Below are positions 11,630 to 24,452 of a DNA stretch of 64,000 nucleotides, piece after piece (within the stretch, counting starts at the first letter, position 1; each line of letters opens with the position of its first letter). Both the position numbers and the translations under genes were made by a program. The stretch comes from Octopus vulgaris (taxonomy: Eukaryota): positions 34,472,001 to 34,536,000 of the forward strand of contig OX597827.1 of assembly GCA_951406725.2 (NCBI GenBank), read 5' to 3'. The notes under the pieces were generated by a model that was not told the DNA's origin, made no database searches, and worked only from the letters and a program-made list of their open reading frames with translations.

Positions 11630-13765
11630 TTTCTTAAAGAAACAATCAATACGCCTTCCACCACCTCACCCACCCATCACCCCCTGTTTTCAAAAAACTC
11701 AAAACTCAGAATATTTTACTTTCGCCTGATGTATCATACATGCATAGAATTCAACTGAAATAGCAGACATCAAAAATATCAGGCCACCACCAGAAAACGC
11801 AACATACTAGAAACAACAGCTAAGCAACATTATTTCTGGAAAAACTTCCCTGCTTTCAAAAAAGCTAAAAGCAAAATATTTGAAGGTGATAGGTGGAAGT
11901 TGGGGAAGAGGATTTGAGTTTTATTTTTTTATTTTTCAGTCATTTGACTACGGCCATACTGGAGCACCGCTTTTAGTCAAACAAATCAACCACAGGATTC
12001 ATTGTAAATCATACGAATTACAAAATAAAAAAGGTCATTTCAGTTGAATTTGAGCTGTGATTTTATCACTCATATTGAAGTTTTACCTACGGTGTGTGTG
12101 TGTGTGTGCAAAAGAAGTTATTTTTACATACCTTTCTTAATTCCAAAAGAAGAAGAACAAATCAAAGTTTTAAAGAATTAGGAAAAAAGTCCAAATAATC
12201 AAAGAAACAGAAAGAAAGTAAAAGAAAAATAGCCAAAAACTGTCAAAAATCAGCAAAAAGCAGTCAGAAATAAGCAAAACAGTTGATTGCAGGCAGAAGC
12301 TGTGGAAATGTTCTTCCAATATCAATAGAAAGTCGGATAAGTAAGAGAAAGTGAGAATAGCTTTTCAATTGTGATAATAAAACAAATGTTTTCCTCACCA
12401 CCACCAAAAATTAATTTCTCTTCCAAAGAGAAAACAGTGGCATTATCTCTTTCTTTCACTTTCTCATTAGAATGTATCGAGACAATATGTTGTCACAAAA
12501 CTTGATCAATCTGTGACTAAACCAGCATTTAATTTCATTTTATACAAGCTTTGCTATAGGCGCAGGAGTGGCTGTGTGGTAAGTAGCTTGCTTACCAACC
12601 ACATGGTTCTGGGTTCAGTCCCACTGTGTGGCACCTTGGGCAAGTGTCTTCTATTATAGCCTCGGGCCGACCAAAGCCTTGTGAGTGGATTTGGTAGACG
12701 GAAACTGAAAGAAGCCCGTCGTATACATGTATATATATGTGTGTTTGTGTGTCTGTGTCTGTCCCCCAACATCGCTTGACAACCAATGCTGGTGTGTTTA
12801 CGTCCCCGTAAACGATAGAATAAGTACTAGGCTTACAAAAAATAAGTCCTGGGGGTCGATTTGCTCGACTAAAAAGCGATGCTCCAGCATGACCACAGTC
12901 AAATGACTGAAACAAGTAAAAGGGTAACGAGTATGAGTAATTATAGATAGCTGCAAACATGGTCGGTAAACATAACATATTTATTGGGTACATTTTTATA
13001 AATGTTTATCTTGCACGATCATTACTACAAACACATGCACACAGTTCTTTGGAGCTTAACAATCATGGCTGAAGTCCACCGCAAGTTTTTCTTGTTTTGG
13101 AATTAAGAATGGTATGTAAAAAATAGCTTCTTCTGCACGCACACACACACACACAAGGTAAAAAACTTCAGTATGAATGATAAAATTACAGCTCAACTTC
13201 AACTGAAATGACCTTTTTTATATATTGTAATTCGTATTTGTGATGAGCGTACTTAGAAACTTGATCTTGCCCCCCACCCCTGTATTTTTTCAAAATTTCT
13301 TTGGACTCCTATGTTTTCGATACAGGAGATTAGGGTTTTGCCTCAAAACACGTTTTCAATATTTTGATAACCCTAACCCTCCCCACCCCAATTTTTAAAA
13401 TTTCTAATTTTTTTAGAATTTTTTTTTTATCCACATCGAAAAATAGAGATTACGAATCTTTTAGAAAAATTTTTCTTGAAGAAACACTCAGATCCCCTTC
13501 CCCAAACCCCACCTCCGAATGTTTCACTTTTAGCTTTTGAAAGCGGGGAAATTTTTTCCAGAAATGATGTCGTTTAGCTGTTGTTTCTAGCATGTCGGGT
13601 TGTCTGGTGTGGTCTGATATTTTTAACGTCTGCTATTTCAGTTAATTTACGCATGCATAATACATCAGACGAAAGTGAAACATTCTGAGTTTTTAGTTTT
13701 TTGAAAGTGAGGAGGTGATGGGTGAGTGAGGTGGGGGAAGGGGCATTGAATATTTCTTTAAGAAG
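11630..13765. mobile_element. foldback element with long diverged inverted arms
   Basis: 11630-11915 is inverted at 13485-13765, and 12010-12170 is inverted at 13085-13240. Confidence 0.75.
12557..12925 (+). mobile_element. tRNA-derived SINE (octopus OR-type/CORE-like)
   Basis: A box TGGCTGTGTGG, B box GGTTCAGTCC, ccttgggcaagtgtctt core, tail ...cagtcaaatgactgaaacaagtaaaag; other fragments at 1-60, 11930-12000, 54460-54600, 60140-60630. Confidence 0.85.
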
Positions 13766-13772
13766 AATTCTT

Positions 13773-13916
13773 GGATCTTTTCGGTTTGAACGGCAGTTTT
13801 TAACATAATATCTAGGTAACTAAAAATTTTAAACTTCGTATACTGGTAGAATGTGTTTATAAAACATCATTTTCTCTTGGCTTTCTTGAGAAAACTCTGT
13901 AGTTTGTAACATATTT
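13773..13916 (+). mobile_element. half copy of the GGATCTTTTCGG MITE
   Basis: Matches the left part of 37861-38147. Confidence 0.75.
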
Positions 13917-14509
13917 CGTCGTAATCTCTTTTCTTTTCACTATACGTAAATATACATTATGTTAGATGTGTCACAAAAATATTTCGATTGTAAGTTTTAA
14001 GTATCGTTTAAATCTATAGTATCTAAGCGGTATTTAATGAAAATTTCGTTGAAAAGTAACCATTTTCCGGAAGTTATGAGGCAACAAAGTCGGGAGCGGG
14101 GACGCATCTGTATGAATGCCAAAAAAAAAAGCACCAATTGAGGTTGATATAATAGACTGACCTCTGCCCCAAAATTTCAGGCCTTGTGCATATAGAAAGG
14201 ATTATGTACTTCAAAAGTTAGGAAGAATACCTATACTCAAGTCCCTTTACAGGACATCCAAGGTTAGTGGAGAAGGAACGGAGATATAGTCCCAAGTCGA
14301 GAGGCATGGTTTGAATGCTTACAAATACGATAAACACCCAAGGTGCCAGGGGTTCGTGTTAAGTGGATAACAATGAGTTTACCACTCAAGTAAGGCCATG
14401 TTAACTTCGGAGAGATTTGAAATCCGAACATAAAATAGAGGTGTGGTTAATTATTGCAAGACACTATCAGAGTCAATTTTTACATATAAAATCAACAAAA
14501 GTCAAAAAG

Positions 14510-14900
14510 TTATCTCACCGGTTGAATTTAACTTCTTCTTTATTTTCTTCGTCTAAAAGGAAAACAACGGTTCGATATAAAAAGAAAAACAAGTAAAAAA
14601 AACAGTGTTAACTAGATTATAATTCAGCCCTAATAAATGTTTACAGATTTGTAGGAAGTAATATCCTGGCAACCAGGAAACATCTACTGAGGTTAAAACT
14701 GCGGCCAATGATTGGCTAGATTTATTCACAGCCCACCAATAAGTTTGTCTTGTAATTGGGACAGCGAAAATGCATTTTTTCGGCAATTTTTTGCTGGCTA
14801 AGACCAACCTCAGATTGCAGAACAGTACGACCTCTGAAAATCCGACAGTTCTGCTGAATTTTATGTGCGTGGCATGGTTACTCTTCGCAAATGTTTAATA
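14510..14900. promoter_or_regulatory. candidate bidirectional promoter with a CCAAT cluster and a minus-strand splice donor
   Basis: CCAAT/ATTGG at 14705, 14711, 14736, 14755 in apparently unique sequence; minus-strand cg|gtgaga donor at 14518. Confidence 0.35.
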
Positions 14901-15240
14901 TAATGGCACCTGGAATGAAAAAGAATGATTACTTTGTAAATTCTACACCACTGAAAACATATTAAGACGCTTAGATCAGAAATTTTGAAAATTAAAGCTA
15001 TCTATTTACTTCCTGCATGTTTGTGTATAGATAGATAGATAGAGAGAAAGTAATAACGAGTGAATGAGAATAACGACGAAGGGTTTAAAAAGCGTAAAAA
15101 TAATTGAAAATGAAACAAAACTGAAGCTAAAACATAAAAAATTATTGAAAGTGGGTAGAAATAAATACTGCGTAGTGTAGTAGTACTACACTAGGGTATC
15201 TGTAGAAAGCTGAATGTGATTTCGGAATATAACGAGGAAA

Positions 15241-15600
15241 AATTCGGATCTTGGGAATTTTCCGAAAGTCCTCTTCCCACCTCAAGATTTCCCCACAAAT
15301 TACTTTATAGTCATAATGCATGCCGTTTGAAAGGAATTTATATAAAATATCATTGAAAAAAACTCCATTTTCCTAAAAGTTATGAGGGGAAAAACTCCGA
15401 TTTCGTGAATTTTCCGAAGTCCTTTCACTACCCCCTTGGAAAGGATTTTCCCCACAAATTACTTTATAGTCATAATGTATGCCGTTTGGAAGGTATTTAT
15501 ATAAAATTTCATTGAAAAAAACCCCATTTTCCTAAAAGTTATGAGGGAAAAACTTAGATCTTGTGAATTTTTGAAGTCTTTTCCCCACCCTCTCGTTTCT
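15241..15600. repeat. about 155-bp tandem repeat (about 2.3 copies) of a dispersed transposon-internal motif
   Basis: ccacaaattactttatagtcataatg..tgccgtttg...cattttcctaaaagttatgaggg repeated; related copies at 14030-14095, 16065-16120 and inverted at 21050-21300. Confidence 0.75.
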
Positions 15601-16161
15601 TTGCACACATTTTTTTTCATATTCGTTTCCTACACATTGTTTCACACCCTTTCCAGTATTTTGGTAGAAGGTTCATTTCCGGGTCAAGATGTAAACATTA
15701 ACCAGTATATATAAAAAAAATAATCTCAAATTTTCTATGAGGAAACTCCAAAATTGATTCATACACTCCTCGCAACTACATCTCGCCGTCGAAAGTCAAA
15801 ATGAACGGCTTGTGTGTTTGCGTGTGCTCGTGCAAACGAACAGAGAAAATACACCGAAATATGTTTTACATACCTGTCGTATACGTCGGTTTTGCTTTTT
15901 CGTTTTAAAGGTAAACGGTCTTGATAGAAGCAAACACGATTATTCAATAATGTTTGTATTCTTCATTCAAAAAGAATAAAAACTTCATGGGTCTTCGTTC
16001 ATGTATATTCCCTGCAAAAAAAAATTTGTATATTCGGAATCTTCATGATATAACACATATTCGTGGAAAATTTCATTAAAAAATATCCATTTTCCTTAAA
16101 GTTATGATCATCCAAAGTCAGTGAGGCAGAAATCTGGGTATTATTTAAGAGAGAGAGAGAG

Positions 16162-16216
<55 letters not shown>

Positions 16217-16410
16217 GTGTGTGTGTGTGTGAGAGAGAGAGAACAAATAGTGAAAGATTATCAATCCGGGAAAAATATTCCATAAGCTCGCTTAGATTAG
16301 TGAAGAATAGTGAAGAACTCTTTTTGTGGGATCCAAAGTTATGGTTCGTCACAATTCTATATTGTAAATCCGTGGATGGGCTTCAGACAAACTGGTTTTT
16401 ACAGAGTGAT

Positions 16411-16705
16411 ATATAACAGACAAGTTAAAATAATGGTTATTATATACAATTCCTTTATTAAAGCAAGTTTGGCTTACAGTTGTTTCCAGTAGCCATTGGT
16501 TTACTCAATTGATCAATTGAGATAAATTGAAAAACCTAAGAAACTTATTGATACCTTCGTCAGAGCCATTGCTGAAAATCAATAGAACAATTGGAAATCA
16601 ATAGACCAATTGAGTAAACCCATCTATATTGACTAGTGTAAGCCAAATTTGCTATAATGAAGGAATTATACGTAATGTACCATAATTTTAACTTGTTTCT
16701 CACAT
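16411..16705. mobile_element. palindromic MITE
   Basis: acaagttaaaataatggt...aattcctt...gcaagtttggcttaca...ggtttactcaattg is mirrored by caattgagtaaacc...tgtaagccaaatttgc...aaggaatt...ccataattttaacttgt. Confidence 0.75.
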
Positions 16706-16710
16706 ATATA

Positions 16711-17894
16711 TTGGATTATCCCATAAATGATGCGGTTTTATTATACTTATTTTATTTTTCAAAATTAAAATAAAGTTCTTTTTTGATATGAAATATACTC
16801 TCCTTCATTTTCTACAATGCTCTTCCATCTCTCTGGTAGACTTGCAAGGCCCCTCTTCCAAAATTCACTTGTCCGTGACGAAAAATACTATTCCAGTACT
16901 GTTCTGACCTCGTTATCAGAATTCATATTTTTTCCGTCCAAATGTTTTGAAGACTGCTGAATAAAAGATAATGACATGGGCAATGTCCAGCGAATAAGGT
17001 GGATGTAACATCGTTTCCTATTCAAACTGCCCCAGCCTTTGGAATGTCATCCTCACTGTATATGGCTGAGTGTTATCCTGATGAAAGAACACCTTTCGTC
17101 TTGAAACCAAAAATGGTCGATTTTCTTCTAGCACTGACTTAAGCTGCTCAAACTGCGCGCAGTAGATCTCTTTTGCTATCGTTTGGTTTGGATTTAAATG
17201 TTCAAAGTGGACTAAACCTTTCATATTCCGCCAAACAGATAACAACACTTTTTATAGAGAACCCATTTCTCGTCCAAAAAAGGTTCATTCGTGAGATGTG
17301 GCAGCAAAGAAGCGCGCACATTCACTCTCTGCACGCGATTAGACTCGGAAAGTTTGTGAGGAACCCACTGATTCAGTTTGCTGATTTTTCCGATGTCATG
17401 CAGGCGTCGATGAATGATTGAATGACCAAATCCAAGTTTCTCTGCTAGTTCCTCACCAGTTACAATGGGATTTTGTTCCACCAGGGTTTGCAGGACGTCC
17501 TTGTCGAACTCTACAGATCTTTCAGAACGAGACTCATCTTCTAGGCTGTAGTTTCCGGCTCGGAATTTCCGGAACCACCGTTGACACTGGCTTACGCTTA
17601 TTGTCCGATCCCCATATACTGCATTAATATTCCTCGCACTTTCTGTTGCGTTGTTGCCTTTATTGAACTCATAAAGCAAAATATGCCGAATATGCTCCTT
17701 TGTCACTTCCATTATAGCTTTGAAAAAATAACTGTTAAAATCGAACTGCACTCTTCAAAACTTGCACTAAGAATAAGTACAAAGTAAAATTACTGCCTGC
17801 TTTTATAGCAAGTTGATACAGGTACTTTATCCCGTCCCCTCCGACTTTTAGTTCATGCAATTAAAAAAAACCGTATTATTTATGGGATGGCCCA

Positions 17895-17895
<1 letters not shown>
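16711..17895 (-). mobile_element. mariner (DD34D) transposon with TIRs and a disrupted transposase
   Basis: TIRs ttggattatcccataaatgatgcggtttt / aaaaccgtattatttatgggatggcccaa, left TA. KEHIRHILLYEF HTH, WVPHKL, DEKW, FHQDN and HPPYSLDIA motifs; frameshift and internal deletion. Confidence 0.95.
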
Positions 17896-17934
<39 letters not shown>

Positions 17935-19515
17935 ATGTATGTATATGGAAGAATTCTGTGTCTGAACGTCATTGATCTTAAGAGCTAACCTGGGGCTAAA
18001 CACATGCACATAGACAAACACAAAGAAACAAAAACGTTACAAGCTACCATTACACTTCCCATAAAATTTTGACGAAATTTTTCCAAAGAAATAAATCCCC
18101 GCTGTTAATCACCCAGACACGCTATCTGCATAAAAAACAACAACTTAGTTAGTCTTAACATATTTAATTCATTAGACATTAAACATAACATTAGCTCAAT
18201 GACTGATAGTATTTGAATCTCTTGGACTACTAGGGGAGACAACTTCGAAAAAGTTTAAGCCTTAACAGACCTCCTCAGAGAATGGTAAGCTTCACCATAT
18301 TTGCCTTAGATATGATATAAGAATCACTAAATAGATTTTACTTTATATTCTTTAATTGTATTGATTTTTCACATCATCTCATGTGCATTATTGTACATTC
18401 CCTCATCATCACTCTCCGGCAAGTGCAACGAAGGTCTTTTCACAGATGCCGTATAATGAAACCACAATATATAACTGATGTTGTCTCCCATACTTGTCCT
18501 AATCTGTGGCATTGGTTACCCTAGGTATGCATTGGGATTGAACCCAAAATTATGTAATTGCGAAACAAGATTCCTGCCACACAGCTTTAAGGGTTGATGA
18601 TCCTCAATAAAACAAACGTGCACATACATGCATGCACATGCATAACAGTTCAGTTCTGGATTTATACACTATTTACCAGTTTCACCCAAATGTAATACAC
18701 ACTCACCCCATTTATGTACACATCACACATCTCACTAAACAATTTATCCGCAGAACAGCAAACCATTGGAATTTACTGTCCTCGAGACAGTGCTACATAT
18801 AAGCGATTGCCTAGGACACTAAAATCTGGGGTTACTGCACAAATTATGGACAACCAAACATTTTTAATCCAATTAAAAGTATGAAATTTCCGTAATACGG
18901 AAAGCAAGAAAGATCACTTGCAAAACAGAGGAGGATCGGGGAGACAGATTCTGGGTTAGCGGGATAAGACGAAAGGACCATTGTGTTATGACTTGTCACG
19001 TAATTAGACAAGAAAGATTTAAAATTTTGCCACATGACAGGTTTACTTGGTGATATGAAAGATAAGTATACAGTATATTTCTTGTGTACAAGTTTGTTTT
19101 AACTTCTTGACTGCATTTTTTCAACTTGTGGCTGAAAGAAATTTTAGAACAAATTTGTTTATGGAGGTATTCGATATAGGACTGGAAAAGGGGTGGGGGT
19201 ACAGGGCAGAGGAGTATGTGGGACACGTTAAAGATCTGGGCACAAGGTGGTGAAAATTGTAGGGGAGAAGGAACACGTTGAAGATCTTGGCATAAAAGGT
19301 GCACATTATAGAAGAAAAGGTGCGACACGTAGATCTGCACATAAGGGGTGGTTGCACATTATAAGGCTAGCCTAGTATGCTGAATATCCTGATATGGGTA
19401 CTGTTCCCTCCTCATATTGTTCACATTTCTCAATAACTGTTTTAACCGAACATCAATCGTAAATACTACTCCACCGGTTCAAAATAACTCTTGTAGTTAG
19501 TCGATATTATCTGAA

Positions 19516-19910
19516 AAGGCGGCGAGCTGGCAGACACGTTAGCGCGCCGGGCGAAATGCTTAGCAGTATTTCGTCTGCCGCTACGTTCTGAGTTCAAATT
19601 CCGCCGAGGTCGACTTTGCCTTTCATCCTTTCGGGGTCGATAAATTAAGTAGCAGTTACGCACTGGGGTCGATGTAATCGACTTAATCCGTGTGTCTGTC
19701 CTTGTTTGTCCCTTCTGTGTTTGGCCCCTTGTGTGTAGTAAGGAAATAGGCATTATGTCCTGAGTTCAAATGTCACTGAGGCTAGCTTTGCTTTTCATCC
19801 TTTAAGAGTTGATAAAATAAATACCAGTTGAGCACTGGAGTTGATGTAATTGAATTACCCGTCCCCTCAAAAACTACTCGCCTAGTGCCAAAATTAGAAA
19901 GGATATTACT
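19516..19910 (+). mobile_element. two tandem copies of an octopus OK-like SINE
   Basis: aaggcggcgagctggcaga...gagttcaaattccgccgaggtcgactttgcctttcatcctttcggggtcgataaa; the same family recurs more than ten times in the window. Confidence 0.8.
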
Positions 19911-20922
19911 CAGCTTCATTACCTCTTTTCGACACGAAACAATAATTGTCACAGCCACAGATCTGCAACCATCATCTTCAATTCAACTATATTTATGATC
20001 ATTGCCATTGTTGTTGGTATGGATATGCAGAAATGAATCATTAGAAGGCTAGGAACATATCTTGTGGTATTTAGTGATACTCCCTACAGTTCTGAGCTCT
20101 CAATTCCCGCTAAGGTAACTTATTATTTCATCCTTACAAGCACGATTTGATATCCCTAAAATGTTTTCTAGATGTACGAGCGAAAATATAAAGGAGAATA
20201 ATTGTCACTGACAGTGGATATTTTCCTTTTCAAAAGGAAAAGATCCCTGACAGTATTTATTATTTAACAATCGTTATAATAGCTAAGATCGCTTGCATCG
20301 CTGTAGACGTCCTCCCTAACTCCACTGGCTATGATGCAGTAAAGACGCCAAAATAGGGATCAAATGGTAGGAGTGACTTCCCTTGTTTCATGGTAGACGT
20401 AACCAATGAATCACAAAGCAATTTATATCAGCTGTAAATATGTAGACTCATCAATACATACTTATGAGATATAAGTATAGTGCCTGTAATATCTTATGTG
20501 TGTATGTGTATGTATAAGATGTTGTATCAGTTGCTCCTAAATTTGAAAAGGTAGGTTTTGGTTATTGCAAAACTAAATTTACTCTACTCCCTTTCCAGAA
20601 CCTTGATAAAGATCTTTCTTAAGCGGCGTATCTCGGGTTATGACACTTCATTTCCGAGCTACACAAACCAGAAATTGTCACTCAATATTGTTTATTAATT
20701 AATGATTGCATGCAACCATGTATATATGTATGCACACGTTCTTTTATATATATATATAGGTAACGACGATCGTTAGTGATCATAGTTTCATTCATATTTA
20801 CTTAGCCACCACCGTCCTTGTAGCCTTTCAACAGCTATGGCTGTTCATGATTATACACACGCACGCACATACACCCACAGTATTTTTTTATATATATTTA
20901 TTCACAAGTCGGTTATATATAC

Positions 20923-21500
20923 AAAGGTGGGTACCATTAATCGAAAAGTTAACTTCGTTAATCCTTTAATTCTTTGAAAATGTAACTGAAGTTAACGTTA
21001 ACTTTTATTGAAAAGGGCATAACTACAGTTTAATACCCCATCGACTTTGTTGCCTCATAACTTCCAGAATATTGGATACTTTTTAACGAAACTTTCACCA
21101 AATGATTTCTTATATTCTGTGTATGTAACGATTTGTTGGGAAAAAAAAACAATTTTCAAAGGGGTTGGTGAGAGGAGTTTCGGAAAATTCACAGGACCCG
21201 ACGTTTTCCTCCTCATAACTGTTTGGAAAATTGGTATTTTTTAATGAAATTTTATACAAATGTCTTTCAAACGGTGTAGATTACGATTACAAAGAAATTT
21301 GTAGGCTAAAATGTTGGCGGGGGGGGGGTCGGATCAGACGGTCCACATAATTCTTCAGAATGATGGGAGGTATCTTTTTATGAAAAAAATTCTGAAAATT
21401 CATTTTTTTTCACTCCCTCACCACCCCAGTTTAGCCTTTTTTTTTCACTACGCACTTAAAACCTGTGAGAGAAATATTTTCGGTTTTAAAAAATTATTAA
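20923..21500 (+). mobile_element. non-autonomous DNA transposon fragment (GTTAAC-rich terminus plus internal repeat unit)
   Basis: Homologous to 7836-7995 and inverted relative to the 15241-15600 units. Confidence 0.55.
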
Positions 21501-22204
21501 TAATTTCAGAGGAAAATGTGTGATTTAAAGGAGATCTGACTGCTGTTTCTAGCACATCCCAGAGCCTCCCTCCTCGTTTCTTTCTCACTCACACATCATC
21601 TATTGATATTTTTCAATATTTTTCTCCCCATAAACAAATTTTATGGAATGATGATGTTAAGTTACACACATGTAGTCCCAACCAAGTGAGGCCATGTTAT
21701 GTGCGTGTAATAAAAAAACACCTAAAAACATCTTTAGTGTTCATATTAACCTGTCAAATGTAATGCTTATTTGTTCACATTATTTTGAATTATTCAGGTT
21801 CAAGAGTAGTGTCCACAATAGTTGCTTGTAACATAAATTTTTTTCATACAGATTTGAAATTTTGTCAGTGGGAGCTTTATATACCACTGGTATATAGTTA
21901 TGTAATTTTAGCTGATATTGCTGAGTAAATTTGACTTTTATGGGCAGGTAAATTTAATTAACAAGTGTAGAAGCAATAATATGGATAAACATTAAAATTG
22001 AAATTCTTAATGCATCTTACTTGTTTGATTTGTTACTAAAATTATCCCAGATGAGGTACATTAATTTGAATTAATTAAAATACAGGTATAATCAGTACAA
22101 GATTTTATTTCTATCGGTAAATATTTTGTACCTCTACACTACACTACCTAGCAAATGTTTGCACAGATCTTCTTTTCAAACACAGACAAAAATCCCACAA
22201 CAAT

Positions 22205-23492
22205 TACCTTGTGAGTGATGAGGCTGTATCCCATACTGCCTGATATTTTAATCATCTCAGCACTGATACCTGATGGTCCAGGAGCTTTCCTAGTCTTCAT
22301 TTTCTTAATTGCCTTATCTATTATACTGCTATCAACTCTGATTGCTGGTCTCTCAATTGGTTCAATATTTGAAAGACTCTCTATCTTGCAATCATTCTCC
22401 ACATTTAATAACATTTCATAATGGCATCTTCACACATCTTTCTTCTCTGAGTTACTAAGCACAAGCATGTAAACTTTGCCCAGGCATCCACCCAACTACT
22501 GACTTGGTCACCTAGGTAATGGAAGCTATCAACCATAAGAGAAATACCTTGTCAAAGATAAAGCTAGAACTACTTCTAGCTTTTCCCGCTGGCATGTAAC
22601 AGAAGCTGTTTTCTGCACATTTTCTATGTTTATTGCCCCTAAGCATTTTCCACACACAAAAACTATCTTCCCTGTTAGCCTTCCTTTGATATTGCTGCAC
22701 CTGTTATATGTTCATAGCCTACACCTTAAGGAGTTCCTACCTACACCTTTTCTACAGATCAATAGGGCCAGTTACCTGAAGGGATTTGTCATTTGTCTGC
22801 ATTCCTACTTATTAAAACTTTGGTTTTTGCTAGATTGACTCTAAGGCCCTTAAATTCTAGACCTTGCTTCCACACTTGAAACTTCTCCTTTAGTTCTGAT
22901 GTTGACTCAGCTATTAGAGCAAGATCATCAGCATAGAGGAGCTCCCAGGGGCATCCTGTCTTGAATTCCTCTGTTATTGCCTGAAGGACTGTGATGAATA
23001 ATAGGGGGCTGAGGACTGATCGTTGGTGGACCCCTACCCCTACTCAGAATTCTTCACTATACTCGTTGCCAACCCTCACCTTACTGACAGCTTCCCTGTA
23101 CATGGCTTGTACAGCTCTCACTAACCACTCATCTATCCCTAGTTTCTGCATTGGTCACCAGATAAGGGATCAGGGGACCCTGTCATAGGCTTTTTCCATA
23201 TCAACGAAGGCCAGGTACAGAGCTTTATCTTTGACTAGGTATTTCTCTTACATCTTCTCTAAACTAACTCTCTCCCTAATTAGTTGGGCTATGATCCTCT
23301 CCATGACTTTCATTACCTGATCCAACAACTTGATTCCTCTGTAATTATTCATATCTAATGCATCACCTTTACCTCTGTAACAGTTGACTCCTTCATGTAT
23401 CACCTGATTGACTATACAGGTGACTACACTATAGCTGACACTACCAGATGTTTTAAGCATTTCTGTGGCAATTCCTGATGGGCTAGGGGCTT
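22205..23492 (-). mobile_element. two juxtaposed degenerate RTE LINE fragments
   Basis: KAPGPSGISAEMIK (22205-22470) and RT/PHD segment NYRGIKLLDQVMKV..WELLYADDL..YLGDQV (22480-23492), out of native order. Confidence 0.88.
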
Positions 23493-23512
23493 GTGTATAT
23501 ATATATATATTA

Positions 23513-23783
23513 TATTGAGGGTACTACTATTCGTAGATACCAACACGCTAAGAGGGACCAATGCGGTCAAAACTACTAAAAATAAACAAAATTTTACCGA
23601 ATGCAAAACTTCAAAACACATCACTTTAAAAAAGAATTCAGTTACATATCACATGTGATTTCGCATTTAATGCAGAATATGCATTTCATGTTCATCAGTG
23701 CAACAAACTCAAGAAATATAAGAGAAAGCATAACATTACAAGCTCGATAGCCAACCGTAGAATTCGTCGTAGCATGTAAAAAA
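23513..23783 (-). mobile_element. hammerhead-bearing Penelope pLTR/retrozyme-like insert within (TA)n
   Basis: About 270 bp of non-coding sequence flanked by TA repeats on both sides, containing the HHR. Confidence 0.55.
23641..23704 (-). ncRNA. type I hammerhead ribozyme (canonical core)
   Basis: Minus strand: gttgca CTGATGA acatgaaatgcatattctgcattaaatgc GAAA tcac-at-gtga TA tgtaac. Stems I, II and III all pair; cleavage triplet AUA. Confidence 0.8.
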
Positions 23784-24358
23784 TATATATATATATATAC
23801 ATATATATTTTTCCTCACCCCCTCCTTAATTCTTCTGTCCCTCTGCTTCTACGTCTCTCTCTTCTTTTCCCACGTGACCAATCGGCCAGCCTGCTCTCTC
23901 TTTCTTGGTCTGACCGTGGTCCGTGCAACATCGATATTCTTCCCTGTGTTTGTGAAATTTTTGTATCTTTGCCGTAAGGCTTCATTTCCACGCATGCCAG
24001 CTTAATTCAATTCGTCCTTAGTTGAAAGACGCCTGTTGTTTTGTCCTGTTATCATTTTTATTATATTTATATTTGTGTAAAATTGTCTGTTTTTTCCATC
24101 CTTTTTTTTTGTATACATTCACTGCTTTCTTCCAAGGAATCTAATGCTCTTAGCTTAGTTTTTCCTTGGGGCTGGCCAAATTGGAGCAATCTCAAGAATA
24201 ATCAGCCAAAATTGCGAGGATAATCTGGTTCTTGACTGAAGATAGAAAACTTTGAATGGCCCGTCCTTGTTTTCTTTGTATTGTCTATCTGGATGTTTTG
24301 GTTGTTCCTTTTTGTATCACCTAGTTGTCCGGATGTTTTGCGTTCTTGTCCCATTTTG

Positions 24359-24449
<91 letters not shown>

Positions 24450-24452
<3 letters not shown>

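Noticed and set aside
12557-12640. tRNA-like A and B boxes
   Set aside because: SINE head with no cloverleaf; not a tRNA gene.
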